From positions 51,678 to 71,677 of the forward strand of contig JADIIX010000113.1 of assembly GCA_027604505.1 (NCBI GenBank): a stretch of 20,000 nucleotides of DNA. The letters are read 5' to 3'. This stretch comes from Gonapodya sp. JEL0774. Taxonomy: Eukaryota. A program made the translations under genes and the position numbers. The notes beneath the pieces are model-generated. The model was not told the DNA's origin. It made no database searches and saw only the letters and a program-made list of their open reading frames with translations. Shown here in pieces: positions 1 through 11,574 of this stretch (the first letter of the stretch is position 1; each line of letters begins with the position of its first letter).

Positions 1-186
1 GTAGTCAAACGAAGAACTTCAGGTGAAAAATTCATCTGACATACTCCGGAGAACCCAAGCAATGGTCACTCTGCGGGCCATTGAAATTCTTGCGATACTC
101 TCACGTGCGATGCACCGTACATTGTGTGTCCCGCTACAGGACCCCAACGGGCTCTCCAGTGTGCTGACCGATCACTGTTCTTTTAG

Positions 187-1546
187 GGCGACGTGAAATC
201 CTAATATTTTTTTACCTATACATAATTACCGAAACGGTTGAGCTTGTTGTGGAGTCTGGTCTTATTCCGAAGAACAGTGTGACGAACGTGGTGAGTGACG
301 ATGGCCCTTTGGAGGAGTGGCTAATATGTACGAATGGAATGACAAACCGGACTATCGAGAATTGACGGAATTCCTTGCACTAATCCGTTGCTGTGAAAAT
401 GGGTGCTCCATTGGGTAGAGTACGCATGTAAAAGGACTTCGTGCAGATAGACTGACAGGATCTGCGGCCGACGCATGGCATTTACAACTCGCTCCATGTC
501 CTCACTTGCGGACAGTATCAAATAACGGAGGTCAGCTGCTGGGGCTTCTCAAATGACGCACCTTGCGAGTAGCGCGAGGATATATTCGACCCTTTTTGAG
601 CGTGGGCACGCTGGTGTGATGGGGGAAAAATCATTCATGATATCTTCGACTTTCGCACTACCTTCTCAACTAATCTGCTCTCTAACAACCCATCAACCGC
701 CGTATCAGCATTTCACGGCGGCACATGTTGCGATGACCACCGCGACATATTGGTGTTTGCTTATAAACGGCTTCGTAGGCTTCCAGTGGGCAGAGGACGG
801 GACAGCGTTGTCGCTATGGGTGAGTCTCGTAAGGAAAAACTATATTGAGCTCTTGCTGAAAGGACCGTCTCTTCTATTATTTCGTTATCCACGACTCCAT
901 TTTCAACCCCACCTTGACATCGCGTAGACAATTCGTGGCTCCTGTCTCTTCATATTCGCTCTCACCTACTTCGTGTCTTTCGGGACATTCACTTCCCAGT
1001 TCTCTTTTTCCTCCAGCAATCCCGTCGCTCTCTTCGCCATCTATATTCTCCTCAATGCCGCATCCCTGGTCGTATACGTTTTCCTTCAGATTGTCCTGGT
1101 GCTAAACAATCTTGAAGACCGATGGCCCCTCGGCCACGTGCTCTTCGGCTTCACATTCTACATTGCTGGTATTGTGTTCCAGTTTGTAGTGTCAACCAAG
1201 GTGTGCGAAGCAGCGAAGCACTATGTAGATGGGATGTTCTTCTCCGCGGTCATGACTCTACTGGCAGTCATGCTGGTGTATAAATACTGGGATTCAATCA
1301 CAAAAGAGGATCTCGAGTTCTCTGTAGGAGGAAAGAGTAATGTTTGGGAAATCAAGGTGAGATGAGACAGATGATGATAATCAACGAATTTGCTTCCCCC
1401 ATAAGTGACTCTTATTATTCTTGTGTCCCATTTCTGTCATTACGCGATAACATATCCTTCAGGACCCGTTACTCAATGACGAGCAAATGGTTCTCCTCGC
1501 CAATGAGCACTCGCGAATGCAACAATATATGCAGGATCGCGAGTAA
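187..1546 (+). CDS. CHS7: Chitin synthase III export chaperone (Chs7 family), 5'-truncated, spliced
   Basis: Inferred exons 187-290 (GRREILIFFYLYIITETVELVVESGLIP), 709-819 (WCLLINGFVGFQWAEDGTALSLW), 928-1356 (CEAAKHYVDGMFF...LLAVMLVYKYWDSITKEDLEFSVG) and 1463-1546 (stop TAA). All junctions are GT..AG and in frame. These motifs are hallmark Chs7 sequence. Earlier exons lie upstream of the window. Confidence 0.93.
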
Positions 1547-1884
1547 CTGGAAATGATTGTTCTTTATGGCCCGCGAGTAACTGTGCAGGATTGTTGTTTA
1601 TGTAGCTTTGTTGGGGGGGATTGAGATGAACTTTGGGATCGGCAGTTACTTTGAGCATTGTTGTCTCTCGTATACCCCGTGCAAGGGCTTGCTTGTCTTA
1701 TCTAGAGGTTGTTATTTGGCTGCTGCGATGTATTGGGCATACAATGCTTTCCAAGTGGACCCTTCGGTGTTCTTCCCCTTCCACAAAATAATACATTATC
1801 ATAAAATGCTCCGTGAACAACATACAACAATGAGCCATTATATAATTTGTCAACATCATCTCAAACTAAAACGTTGGTATTCTC

Positions 1885-4626
1885 TCATGCACCAAGGGAT
1901 CCCCTCATTGGTGGACCTGCAACATCTACCCCAAATGTACTCATGAGACCAGACTCGGTTCGAGTGGCTGGTATGGTCATCGAAGGAGTGTATGCAACAC
2001 CCGAAGATACAGAGCGAAACGGGTTGGCGCCATTGGGTACAACTGTAGCGGGAGCAGGCGCAGGGGATGGAGCCACATGAGTTAGAGGATAGAAGCCGTA
2101 AGAGTTGGTATCAAGGTTGCGACCCTGGAAGAATATTATCTCGTTGGTAATACCTCCATGTGTAATACCTTTTCGACTTGAAAACGTGAAATAAAGCTCA
2201 CCAAACCCCATCCATCGGTACGCCGCTCACACGTGACACGGTCTCCAGCCTTCAACGCTACCTCACCTGGTTTCCTCCCAGGGAACTCGTGAATCGCAAA
2301 CATTAAACCAGACATTGGCGGTGGGACTGCCGGCGCTGTGATTGAAGGAGTTTGATCGTTGCCAAATCTCGCGTTAGGCGATAAAGGCGGCCACACGGGA
2401 ACGGCAATCGGCGCAACGGGTGCAATTGGTGCGGGTGGGGTGTATATCCTCTGCCGGTCTGAGTCGTGAACCTGTGACCGCAGCCTCTCCACCTCGTTCT
2501 GCACATCCTTCAGTTCCCGCTCTAAATCTCCCACAATCCGTCCATGCTCTACAGCCCGTTGCTGTGCCGCAATTCTCTCCTCGGCAACCCGCTTCTTCAT
2601 TTCCGACAATGTCATCACCACTTGCGAGTAATCAACTTCTTCCACCAACGACGCAGCACGGACATTGTTTCCGTTTCTCTGTTCCAGATTCCGAATATGA
2701 GCCTCGATCACTTCACACGCTTCTTGGTCCTGCATCGCTCTCGCAGCCCGACGAGCACGGGACGGCACCTGGGCCCCGCGTGCGAGGAGTAGGCGGAGGA
2801 TGGGAAGATTGCAAATGAATCCACCAAAGTCAAATGCTTCCGACTGCGTTGTAGGGTGTTCAATCTGAATCTGGTGAAATAACGTGGTGGGAAATCGCGG
2901 GAACGTCGATGATTGGAGGGGAGACAGTGAAGCAGGACACTCTCTACACCATTGGTTTTGGAACGGGGAGTTCACATACCTCCGCACCATCCTTGCTCAT
3001 TCCAAACTTGCTCTCCTGCTCGGCCATGGCCATAAACTCATCTCGAATATCCACATTGGCCGACGAGATAATAGGCGAGCCCGTGACAAGATCAATGATT
3101 GAGGCACAACGGTAGGTGAGAAGCCATCTAGTGGAGTTGAAAGAAAATAGATCATCTCAACATATGCGTTCGTGTGAGTAATATAGCAGCGTGGGCAACG
3201 ATACTCACCTGTTCTTTTGCCAAGTATCTGTGGACCAGTCGCCCTGATCCCATGTCGGAAGCTTCCACTCGATGAGGCGGTGCACGTCAGCACCTTGAAG
3301 TGTGAATGGACATCACAAGTCCGCAGTTAAACGCCCGACCAGTTATCAGAGAGTGAATATGGAAGAAAGGAAAACCCTCCAGAAGCATATCTTGGACAGA
3401 TGCTCACCGGCATTCAGTAACTCCTTCACAATATCTTCTCTGGCGTACAAGACTGCCAGTGCCAATGCGCTTTCACCCCATGCAGTCTCGCTCATTACTT
3501 TGCCACCCTCAACCTTGGCTCGCAATGTGGTCTTTTTCCTTGCATCGGGCGACGCACCTGCAGCAAGCGCCGCACGAACGTCGTTAAGCTGTCTGGACTC
3601 CACCGCGGCGATAAGGCGGACATTGTGGGGGTTCTCCACCCCACTGGAGGAGAGCGTGGTCACTGCAACTGGCTGTTCCACAAGAAGATTCACCAGTGCT
3701 TCACCCTCTGATCCCATTGCCAATGCGCGATCAATGCAGCGGGGTGTGACACGCACCCCCTTGGTGAGGAGGGAGCGGACAATTGTCGGGTTCAACTTTA
3801 TTGAGATGAAGTGAAAAGAATCTTTTTGCTCCCGGGCACGGGTAACGAGTGCCGGGTCACCATCAATGTTCTGATGGGAAGCGGCGACGGATATCGGGGG
3901 TGAGGAAGGGCGGGGGGCGAGATGAATTAGTGATGTGGAGAGTCAATGGAGGGGTCCCAAGGTCAATGCGATGCGGCTGAACCCATTAAATCTTTTAAGT
4001 CAGTGATATCCTGTTGTATTCTGACTCGTTCAAAGAACTTGCGTGAAGAACCTCATTCTGTGAAACCCCGGAAAGAGAGTGTACCCACAAGAGCCACCTG
4101 CCTCTTCGACTCTACAAACTCTGTGAGTTTCGTTTTGCCAGCATCAAAAGGCGAAACCACGTTCGCGGGACAACACAGAGCGACTTCGAGGATAGAGTCA
4201 AATCTATATTCCGCGAACCACCGACCCGCATTCCAGCGTTCCGAGGTCCAGTTTGTTTCCCAGTTCGGCACTTTCCAGGTGATCGGACCGTCGACCGAGG
4301 CGCCTTTCGAACAAGGAGTGAATGGTCAAAGCAACCGTGAGAAGAACCCTTTTTGAACACGCACCGGCATCAAGAAGTAGCTTAATAAAATCTGGTCTAT
4401 TGTATAGGCAAGCTAGAACGAGCGGCGTTTCTCCAGGCGCCGTATCAGTTCTCTCGACTCCCTCGACATCGGCGGTCAATTTTACAGTTTTCCTTTGATC
4501 TGGCGAGAATCCGAGTTGGAGAGCAGCGCGTACCGCCTCTATGGATCCGCTCTCGATGGCTTCAATGAGCATTGGAATAGGGGAAATGAAAGTATTGTTG
4601 GTTTTTATGTGCTGTGTGGGCCACAT
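1885..4626 (-). CDS. Uncharacterised protein with two ankyrin-like/Trp-rich modules, coiled coil, Pro-rich linker and SH3 domain (paralog A)
   Basis: Inferred exons 4626(or 4572)-4365, 4303-4089, 3870-3408, 3293-3209, 3127-2980, 2870-2202 and 2124-1885 join in frame. Ankyrin-like motifs GETPLVLACLYNRPDFIKLLLDAGA and GESALALAVLYAREDIVKELLNAGA. SH3-like AIHEFPGRKPGEVALKAGDRV...DGWGLGRNLDTNSYGFYPLTHV. The start codon is uncertain. Confidence 0.8.
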
Positions 4627-4716
4627 CCTCAGCACCGGCTCAGGACCTCAAGTTAGTTCCAATGCTGCCGAACCAGACGTCCAAAGGATATTATACCCTT
4701 TAGATTCCTTTGCAAA

Positions 4717-7375
4717 ATGTCCGGAGAGTTGGACGCCGTCTTGATAACAGCGATCGAGAAGAGAAGCAAAGAGGCACTCATTTTAGCTCTCGCTGCTGGG
4801 GCTTCTCCGAATGCGCGCAAACAAGTGACGCTCAAAGTAAAGATTGCCAACGATTGGAGGACTGAGACTGTTGGAGCGGAAACCGCTTTGGCATTGGCGG
4901 TAGTCTACGGTCGTCTTGACTTTGTGAGAACTCTCATCCACGCTGGTAAGTTCACTTAACGTGTGAGGGATGTAGTTATTATATCGATGAGACCTCGCAC
5001 ACAGTTCTCCACGATGGAGAGCCAGTTTCTCCACCTCCGTCGAATGTACATTGTACCTAAATGCACATTCGTTTCCTCCATGTTTTTAGGCGCAGACGTT
5101 GAATCGCCTGTCGAATGGCGAATCCCGAATTTTGAAACCAACTGGACATCTTCTACCTGGGATAATTCCAAGTGGCTTCTGCAATATCACTTCGACTCCA
5201 TTATTGAAGTGGCATTAGGAACGGGCACGTTGTTGACCAATTTCAACGACGTTGAAACCAAGTTTACTGAGGAGTTGTCGGTGAATGCCAGATTTGCGTT
5301 GGTGAGTTGCATCGTGGGCTCGCTCGCCATAGTGTGGAGGAGTTTAGTGGAAGGCGGGGACCTTTTTGTGTTTCGCTTGGGGAGATTCATCTCTCTTGCT
5401 CCATGTTTGTTCAGAACAAGGACGGTGGTGCGGTCACTGTCACCAATCCCTCCACCCTCACCTCCACGTGCGACTTCGGAAAAATGACGCCAGACCTTGC
5501 GATCATTAAGCTCCTCCTCCGTCATGGAGCACGATCTACTCCAGCGTGCACCGCCCGAGTGCGGGCACTCGACAAGGCACCATTGCTTCGCGTTCTTGAA
5601 TCCCAATCGGCTGAACTCGCCGAACTCGCCAGGTCGGATTCCTTGGCTGAGAGGCTCGTGGACGCTGTCGAGAAACGTCGTTTGGACCTCCTCAAATCTG
5701 CGCTTACCGCGGGCGCATCCCCAAACGCACGTAAGAAGGTTTCCTTGTCCGTGGCAGTGCCCGGATTTGGGACAAGGAGTGAGACGGTGTTTGCGGAGAG
5801 TGCGTTGGCACTGGCAGTGTTGTATGCACAGGAAGGGGCAGTTGCAGCCTTGTTGGAAGCAGGTAAGTGGGTTTTAGTACGTGAGGCTGTCGTCTGAGGA
5901 CAGTTCCGGGCGGTTTGTCCGAACCAATGAACCGAAGAATTATGTCTCATTTGCTTGCCTACACTATAGGGGCTAACGTTCATGCAGAGATTGAATGGCG
6001 TGTACCAAATTATGAATCGGCATGGACGATGGCATTGTGGAACAGGACAAGGTCAGATTTCCTGCACTGGTTGTCTGTAATCGAGTTTTGAGCAAGGTGG
6101 TATCGCATTCCCGCAGATGGCTACTGCACTACCGTTGCGACTCCATCCTCGATCTCGCGCTGGGATGTCCCAACCTCTCGTCTCCATTTCGCAACATCGA
6201 GCAAGATTATTCCATTGCATCGGACTCACGTGGGCGACTGGCTCTCAACAAAGATGGTGGACATGTCCGTTTGCATACGCCGAGCGCGCAGGGGGAGGCA
6301 CACGATGTGGGGAACTTTTCCCCCACCGTTGGGATCGTGCGCTTGTTGATCAATGCCGGCGCACAAGTTTCGGCGGGGGCGAGGGAAGCGGCCAAGGGAA
6401 TGCCAGATAGGAATTTCGTTCAAATGGTGGAGGAGGCGCTGAGAACGGCCGGTGGCGCCGCGGGGCAAGCTGCAGCTGTATCGGCAGGTGCGAGGGCTGC
6501 ATCAAGTGACGCATCGATAAAGCAGAAACTTGAAGGAGAGGTAGCTGTGGAGATTTCGAAGCTGGATGAGATCGGGCGGGAGGAAACCATGCTGGGTGAG
6601 GCGAGGGCACAGCAGGTCGCGGAGCTTAGAAGAAAGCTCCAAGATGCCAAAGCAGAGCGAGATAACCTACGAGCCCGAATCGAAGAAGTCAGACGTGGAG
6701 GGAATAGTAGCCGGAGGACACCTTCCACACCGCCAGGATCCGGATCCTCAGACTTGGATCGTGAGGTCGCCTCTCTCCGCCTCCGTCTGGCGACACTGGA
6801 ACGGGAGAATGCCTACTTGCGGTCCGAAGTTGACGCCTTGCGCGCCGCCCAGGTCCAATCGCCTCACGGATTCCCACCTCCGTTGGAATCTCGAAACCTT
6901 GCCCCGCCGACACCTCCCGCGTCGCAACCCCCTGTCCCTGTTCCACCCAGGCCAGCTCGCACAGTGGAGTCGATAATGTATGTGGTGGAGGCTTTCAGTC
7001 CAAGGGACAGTGATGAAATAATGTTGAGACTTGGAGATGAAGTATTTGTTAATATCGCTCACGCGGACGGTTGGGGTTCGGTGAGTTCGAGTGTGATCGG
7101 CTCTTCGCAACTTTGCATCTTTGAGCCACTCTAAACCATTATAATCTCAGGGGCACAACATCTCAACTCAAGCCGCCGGTCTCTTCCCACTCTCCCATGT
7201 CGCTTCGACGCCGGGTTCCATTCGGCATGCAAACCCACCTTCCATGCCCGCACCTCGATATGACTCGAAAGCAATATTTCCCACCTCGGGAAATGGTCAA
7301 GCTCCGCCGGTTCCCTATGACGACCAGCCCACCGTTAGACTGGCACGGCTCCAGCCAACGTCCTCTCTGAGATGA
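4717..7375 (+). CDS. Uncharacterised protein with two ankyrin-like/Trp-rich modules, coiled coil, Pro-rich linker and SH3 domain (paralog B)
   Basis: Inferred exons 4717-4945, 5090-5301, 5415-5862, 5970-6051, 6117-7080 and 7151-7375 join in frame. Motifs GAETALALAVVYGRLDFVRTLIHAGA and AESALALAVLYAQEGAVAALLEAGA, and a heptad-rich region (LRRKLQDAKAERDNLRARIEE, LRLRLATLERENAYLRSEVDAL). SH3-like YVVEAFSPRDSDEIMLRLGDEVFV...DGWGSGHNISTQAAGLFPLSHV. Confidence 0.85.
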
Positions 7376-7641
7376 GGGAGGAAGGAAGCTGGAAAGGGGA
7401 GATGCACCCAACCCGCTGGAAGCTGTATTCTCGACAATTAAAGTTAATGCTTTTCTAAAATGTCCCATTATTTGAATATGTACGCACTTCGTCAATTGCT
7501 GAGCAGTGAGTGTGGGAAATGGGGAAGGGAAAATGACATATGAAAAGATGATACTGTTGTTATGTATTTTTCCCTACGTAACTTTTACTTGTGAATACAA
7601 AGACTCTGTTCGTTGCTCAGTCAAAACTCCCTAAGATTCCC

Positions 7642-8867
7642 CTACACCCGATAAGCGGGAGGAACCGCGTACGGCCACGTGGTTGCATTGGAGAGCAGTG
7701 CGGTGATAAGATTATTGTCATTGGCGGCAGCAACATAAACTTTTGCCCAGTTCACATCTGTGTACAAACGAAATTTGGTGTTCTTGAGTATGTATAAGGT
7801 GTCGCCGTAGCCGAGGAATTGCTCGCCGAGTCCTTCGATGGCGACCTTAATCGATCCTTCCAGAACGTTGATGACGTGGCCGATGGGATAAGCAGCTGAT
7901 TTGCCGTTTGCAATTGCTGCGTCCGACGTTCGGCGCATGCTTAGTGTCGCGACCGTCCCCTTTTCTGTCAGTTTGGCCAACAGCGAGATGACAATGTCCC
8001 CATGATCATTTCCACCAAGCGATTTTGGTCCCCAACCGTTGGCGATGTAGTACGGGGTGCTGCTGTTGGAAGGGATTGTGTTGTTATCGGCGTGCCAACT
8101 GGCGTTATTCGTAGCTCCGTTTAAGTTGAGTTCGTTGTTGAGAGGGTATGTAGGTTGAACGTTCACATCAAAGAGAGCCGCTACGGCGAAGAATTGGTTC
8201 GCGGGGAACGCCAGAGGCTGATCTGGAGGGAAGGGTGCATTGACGGCTGGATTCCAGGGAGTCGAAACGTTAAAGAAGAAATCTAAACAGAAGGGAATGA
8301 TGTTTAAGAGTAATGGTGGATCGAAGCAGTGCGCGAGGGAGTGCGCAACACATACCTTCGAAGCCACCGGGGAATACCACACCAATCATGTACGTATCTG
8401 GTTCGATGAAAGCATACGAGTGAACGGTTCTCTCGGGAACAGCCCCAAAATCTCCGGGAAGCAGAATTCGCTGCTCGTTGTTTGCGTACAGCTTTACCCT
8501 TCCTTTCACGAGGAAAAATGTTTCAAAAGCTGTGCATACAACCAAGTATGCGTGAAATGAAGGTCAAAGAACGCGGGCAGTATGATAATGATTCACCTTT
8601 CGCGTGAAAGTGAGGCGGCACTGCCGCATTCACCATATCGGCTGTTGATAAGAATGCAATTTCGCCGTTGCTAGAGTTTTTGGTAACAGGGATACGGAAG
8701 ATAGAGCTTCCCAACTGGAGAGTTGTTCCTTCCAAATGTCGTACGATGTAGGTCTTGGCTGATTGTGGAGTTTTCTTCACGTCAATGAAGGCAGGAATGA
8801 CGGCAGATACCGACCGAATAGTTGCCAGAACGGCTGCAACGATGAAGAAAATCACTGCGAACTTCAT
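7642..8867 (-). CDS. Secreted quercetin 2,3-dioxygenase (quercetinase; fungal-type bicupin)
   Basis: Inferred exons 8867-8597, 8529-8356 and 8282-7642. N-terminal signal-peptide-like MKFAVIFFIVAAVLATIRSVSA. The spliced cupin motif PHFHAKAFETF (HxH-x4-E) is followed by PGDFGAVPERTVHSY, PGGFEDFF and PYYIANGWGPK, matching the metal-ligand spacing and motifs of Aspergillus quercetinases. Several N-x-S/T sites are present. Confidence 0.88.
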
Positions 8868-9244
8868 GCTGAGAATGTAGTGCTTGATGTGATGTTTGGG
8901 GGAAGTTGACGATGTGTTACTTATTATTACATTGCGGGTTTGTGTATGTATCCCATTATGAACCCTGCTCCTGCGGTCAACAGGTATCGGGATTCGGTAT
9001 TCGGTTGGATATCCATTCCGCGCCACCCAGCGTTCTGTAATTGCTCCGGTGCAAAAAAAACTAACCTATGAAATTTGTGCGCAGTTGGCGGGTTTGGATG
9101 CGTTTAGATCCGTACTTTTATCGCCACTTCCCCGCATATCCTGGTTCCTTCATTTTCAGGCATCGCTTCACCGCTTCCGCGACCAATCACAACAATCAAG
9201 CAACTTCACCCCATCAATATTCTTTTCCTTCAAAATCACTCACC
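8868..9244. promoter_or_regulatory. Divergent promoter region between quercetinase and FAH genes with clustered CGG triplets
   Basis: 377-bp intergenic region between divergent ATGs. The stretch tatCGGgattCGGtattCGGttggatatccattCCG lies at about 8985-9020. CGG triplets are the typical Zn2Cys6 half-site. Function is inferred only. Confidence 0.4.
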
Positions 9245-10866
9245 ATGGGATCATCTTGGAAGCGTTTGATTCGTTTCGAAGCGGCTGAAGGTAGAGCTGC
9301 TCGTTGACTGTGCATTCACTGCCCATCAACCGGCTCATGATCCCTCTGCGCCCTCTCACCCATCGGAGGTGGAATCCACTACGGCGAGCCCACACCATCT
9401 TCTCTCGGGTCTGATGGATCTCTCAACGCGTCTGGGACGATCACTGCAACGGAAGTTTTGGGGGGCCCATACGAGGGTAAAGTGGGCACAAGGGTCTTGA
9501 CTGTGAAGCAGGTGAGTCCATTTTTTAAGAAAGAGACACGTCCACTGTGGGAGGGACTAAGAGGCGGTGATATGTTGATTGAAGAGTGAGGGAATGTGGA
9601 AGGAACGACCCTGTGTACGATATTAACAGATAATCCATCGGTCGTTTCCCTCAACCATCACCCCTGATGTCTGCACCACAAAGTTGCTCGGTCCCCTGGA
9701 ATCGACTCCGGCTCTGGCCTGCATCGGCCTCAACTACAAACTCCACGCGGCGGAGGGTGGTGTGAGTTTGCCCCCTTTCCTTGGAAACCTCATTACCTCA
9801 CCCAACTCTCCCCTTTGAAGAACAAAATCCCGGACAATCCGGTTCTCTTCCACAAATACACGTCGGCACTCACCGGACCCGGCACAATTGAACTGATGTC
9901 TTCACTCATAGGACAGATGGATTACGAGGCGGAGGTGAGCGTAGCAGGACGGATATTCTCAGAACCCGTGATGGACTTCTGGTGTGAACGGTCGTGTTTC
10001 CGTAGCTCGTTGCTATAATCGGCAAGGCTGGTAAAAACATTCCCAAGGAAAAGGTAATTTTCACTTTTCCAAGCTGTTATCTGTTTCAACATTCAAAAAC
10101 CTGCACTGTCTCCGGTTTTGCACTGTCTCCATTTCTGAATTTATCCACTGATCCGCCTTCCTCCAAGGCTCTTGACCATGTTCTGGGATACACTTGCGGG
10201 AACGACCTTTCGGCACGAAAGTGGCAACGTGCATGGTGAGATGTTTGATGCTGCTTCTGTCCTCTATTCTTTTCTCTCAACGCTTTTACCACGTCACTCG
10301 CCTCCCAGTGGTGGCCAATACGCCTTTGGAAAGGGAATGGACAACCTCGCCCCTATCGGGCCTCAAATCGTCGCCGCGTCAGAAATTCCGGATCCACAAG
10401 CTTTGAGGCTGAGATGTGTTTTGAATGGGAATGTCATGGTGAGTTGGGAGGTGGTGTGGGATGTTGTCTTGGTGTGTTTTGAGGCGCGTTCTGACGATTT
10501 GGTGGTGTTTTGGTATCTTATATCCGACTTGCGTGTCGTAGCAAAATGAAACCACAGGCGACATGATCTTCACAGTTGCTGAAATTGTGTCGTTCCTGAG
10601 CACAGGTGAGTCTGACCTCCTCCTCACACTTTCACCCACCACTCACAACCCTCTCCCACTTCATGCCAACTACAGGCACCACACTTTATCCCGGTACGGT
10701 CATCATGACGGGGACTCCTAGCGGTGTAGGCTACCCCCGCAAACCTCCTGTTTTCCTGAAGCAAGACGACGTCTGTAAGATCGAGATTGATGGCATTGGG
10801 GCGCTGGAAAACAAAATAATTTACAAGGAGGCGGTGTACGAAGTTGGTGGCTCCAAAGCAAAATAG
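9245..10866 (+). CDS. Fumarylacetoacetate hydrolase (FAH) family protein, FAHD-like, multi-exon
   Basis: Starts [16 protein letters not shown]. Spliced motifs [80 protein letters not shown] and [17 protein letters not shown]. Stop TAG at 10864-10866. Confidence 0.92.
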
Positions 10867-11574
10867 AATTCTTGGTATAGTATTTACAATTAAAGCAATT
10901 ATCTTGCGAAATGAAGAGAACGAGGAAGTGAAGGGAAGGGGGAGTCGGGGGAGATGGGCCCCGTCTAAATATGAACACTCACTGTCGCGCACGATCACTA
11001 ACCAAGAATAGAACCAGATTTGCAGCTCGTCGCGACGTGTAAATTCGTCAAGTTTACAGCAGTTTGCTGTCGGTCGTTGGAAGTTCTTATACGTATCCGA
11101 TTCATCAATAAGGAGTAAACATAGTTCCAGTCTTTAATGCATGGTAACCTGATGATGTTCGCTTTGGGAAGGCGCTCACGCTATTCCCTGCACGTCCTTC
11201 CCGGTTGGACATGAAGTTCGAGCTAACAGAATATCCGAGTAGCTTTCATTTGAAGCAATCCCATGCCTCTAGCTCTTATGTATGCCGAAATATGAAAACA
11301 TGATTGTATAAGACAGATATACTAGGAGAGGAAGCCATAAGCAACAACGGGAATTATGCTGTCCCACCGTTGCCTGGACGCCGGTAGGTCCCGGTCCTGC
11401 ATGCGTCCAGCAAGTAATTCCAAATAATTGATAAGAAGAATCCAGAGGTTCCCAGTGCAAGCGGTCCGAGAGAGTGTGGGGGACCTCTCAGAGTTGAAAA
11501 GATCAAAAGCTTGAAGTGCATACCAGTGCCTCCCACATTTAACTTCCTATGGTGCGGTACACTTGACAATAACC

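Noticed and set aside
1357..1462. ATGATGA (C-box-like) in the last CHS7 intron suggesting a snoRNA
   Set aside because: No downstream CTGA D box within the intron.
1608..1946. 112-aa ORF between CHS7 and paralog A
   Set aside because: Non-ATG start, lies in convergent 3' UTRs, and has no recognisable motif.
3302..3814. 170-aa + strand ORF (and similar ORFs 2420-2818 +, 5522-5983 -, 6420-6728 -)
   Set aside because: Antisense shadows of the ankyrin-like/SH3 gene exons, with no independent motifs.
11370..11413. Inverted repeat ttgc(c)tggacgc...gcgtccagcaa upstream of the TF
   Set aside because: A short imperfect stem with no other support, compatible with chance.
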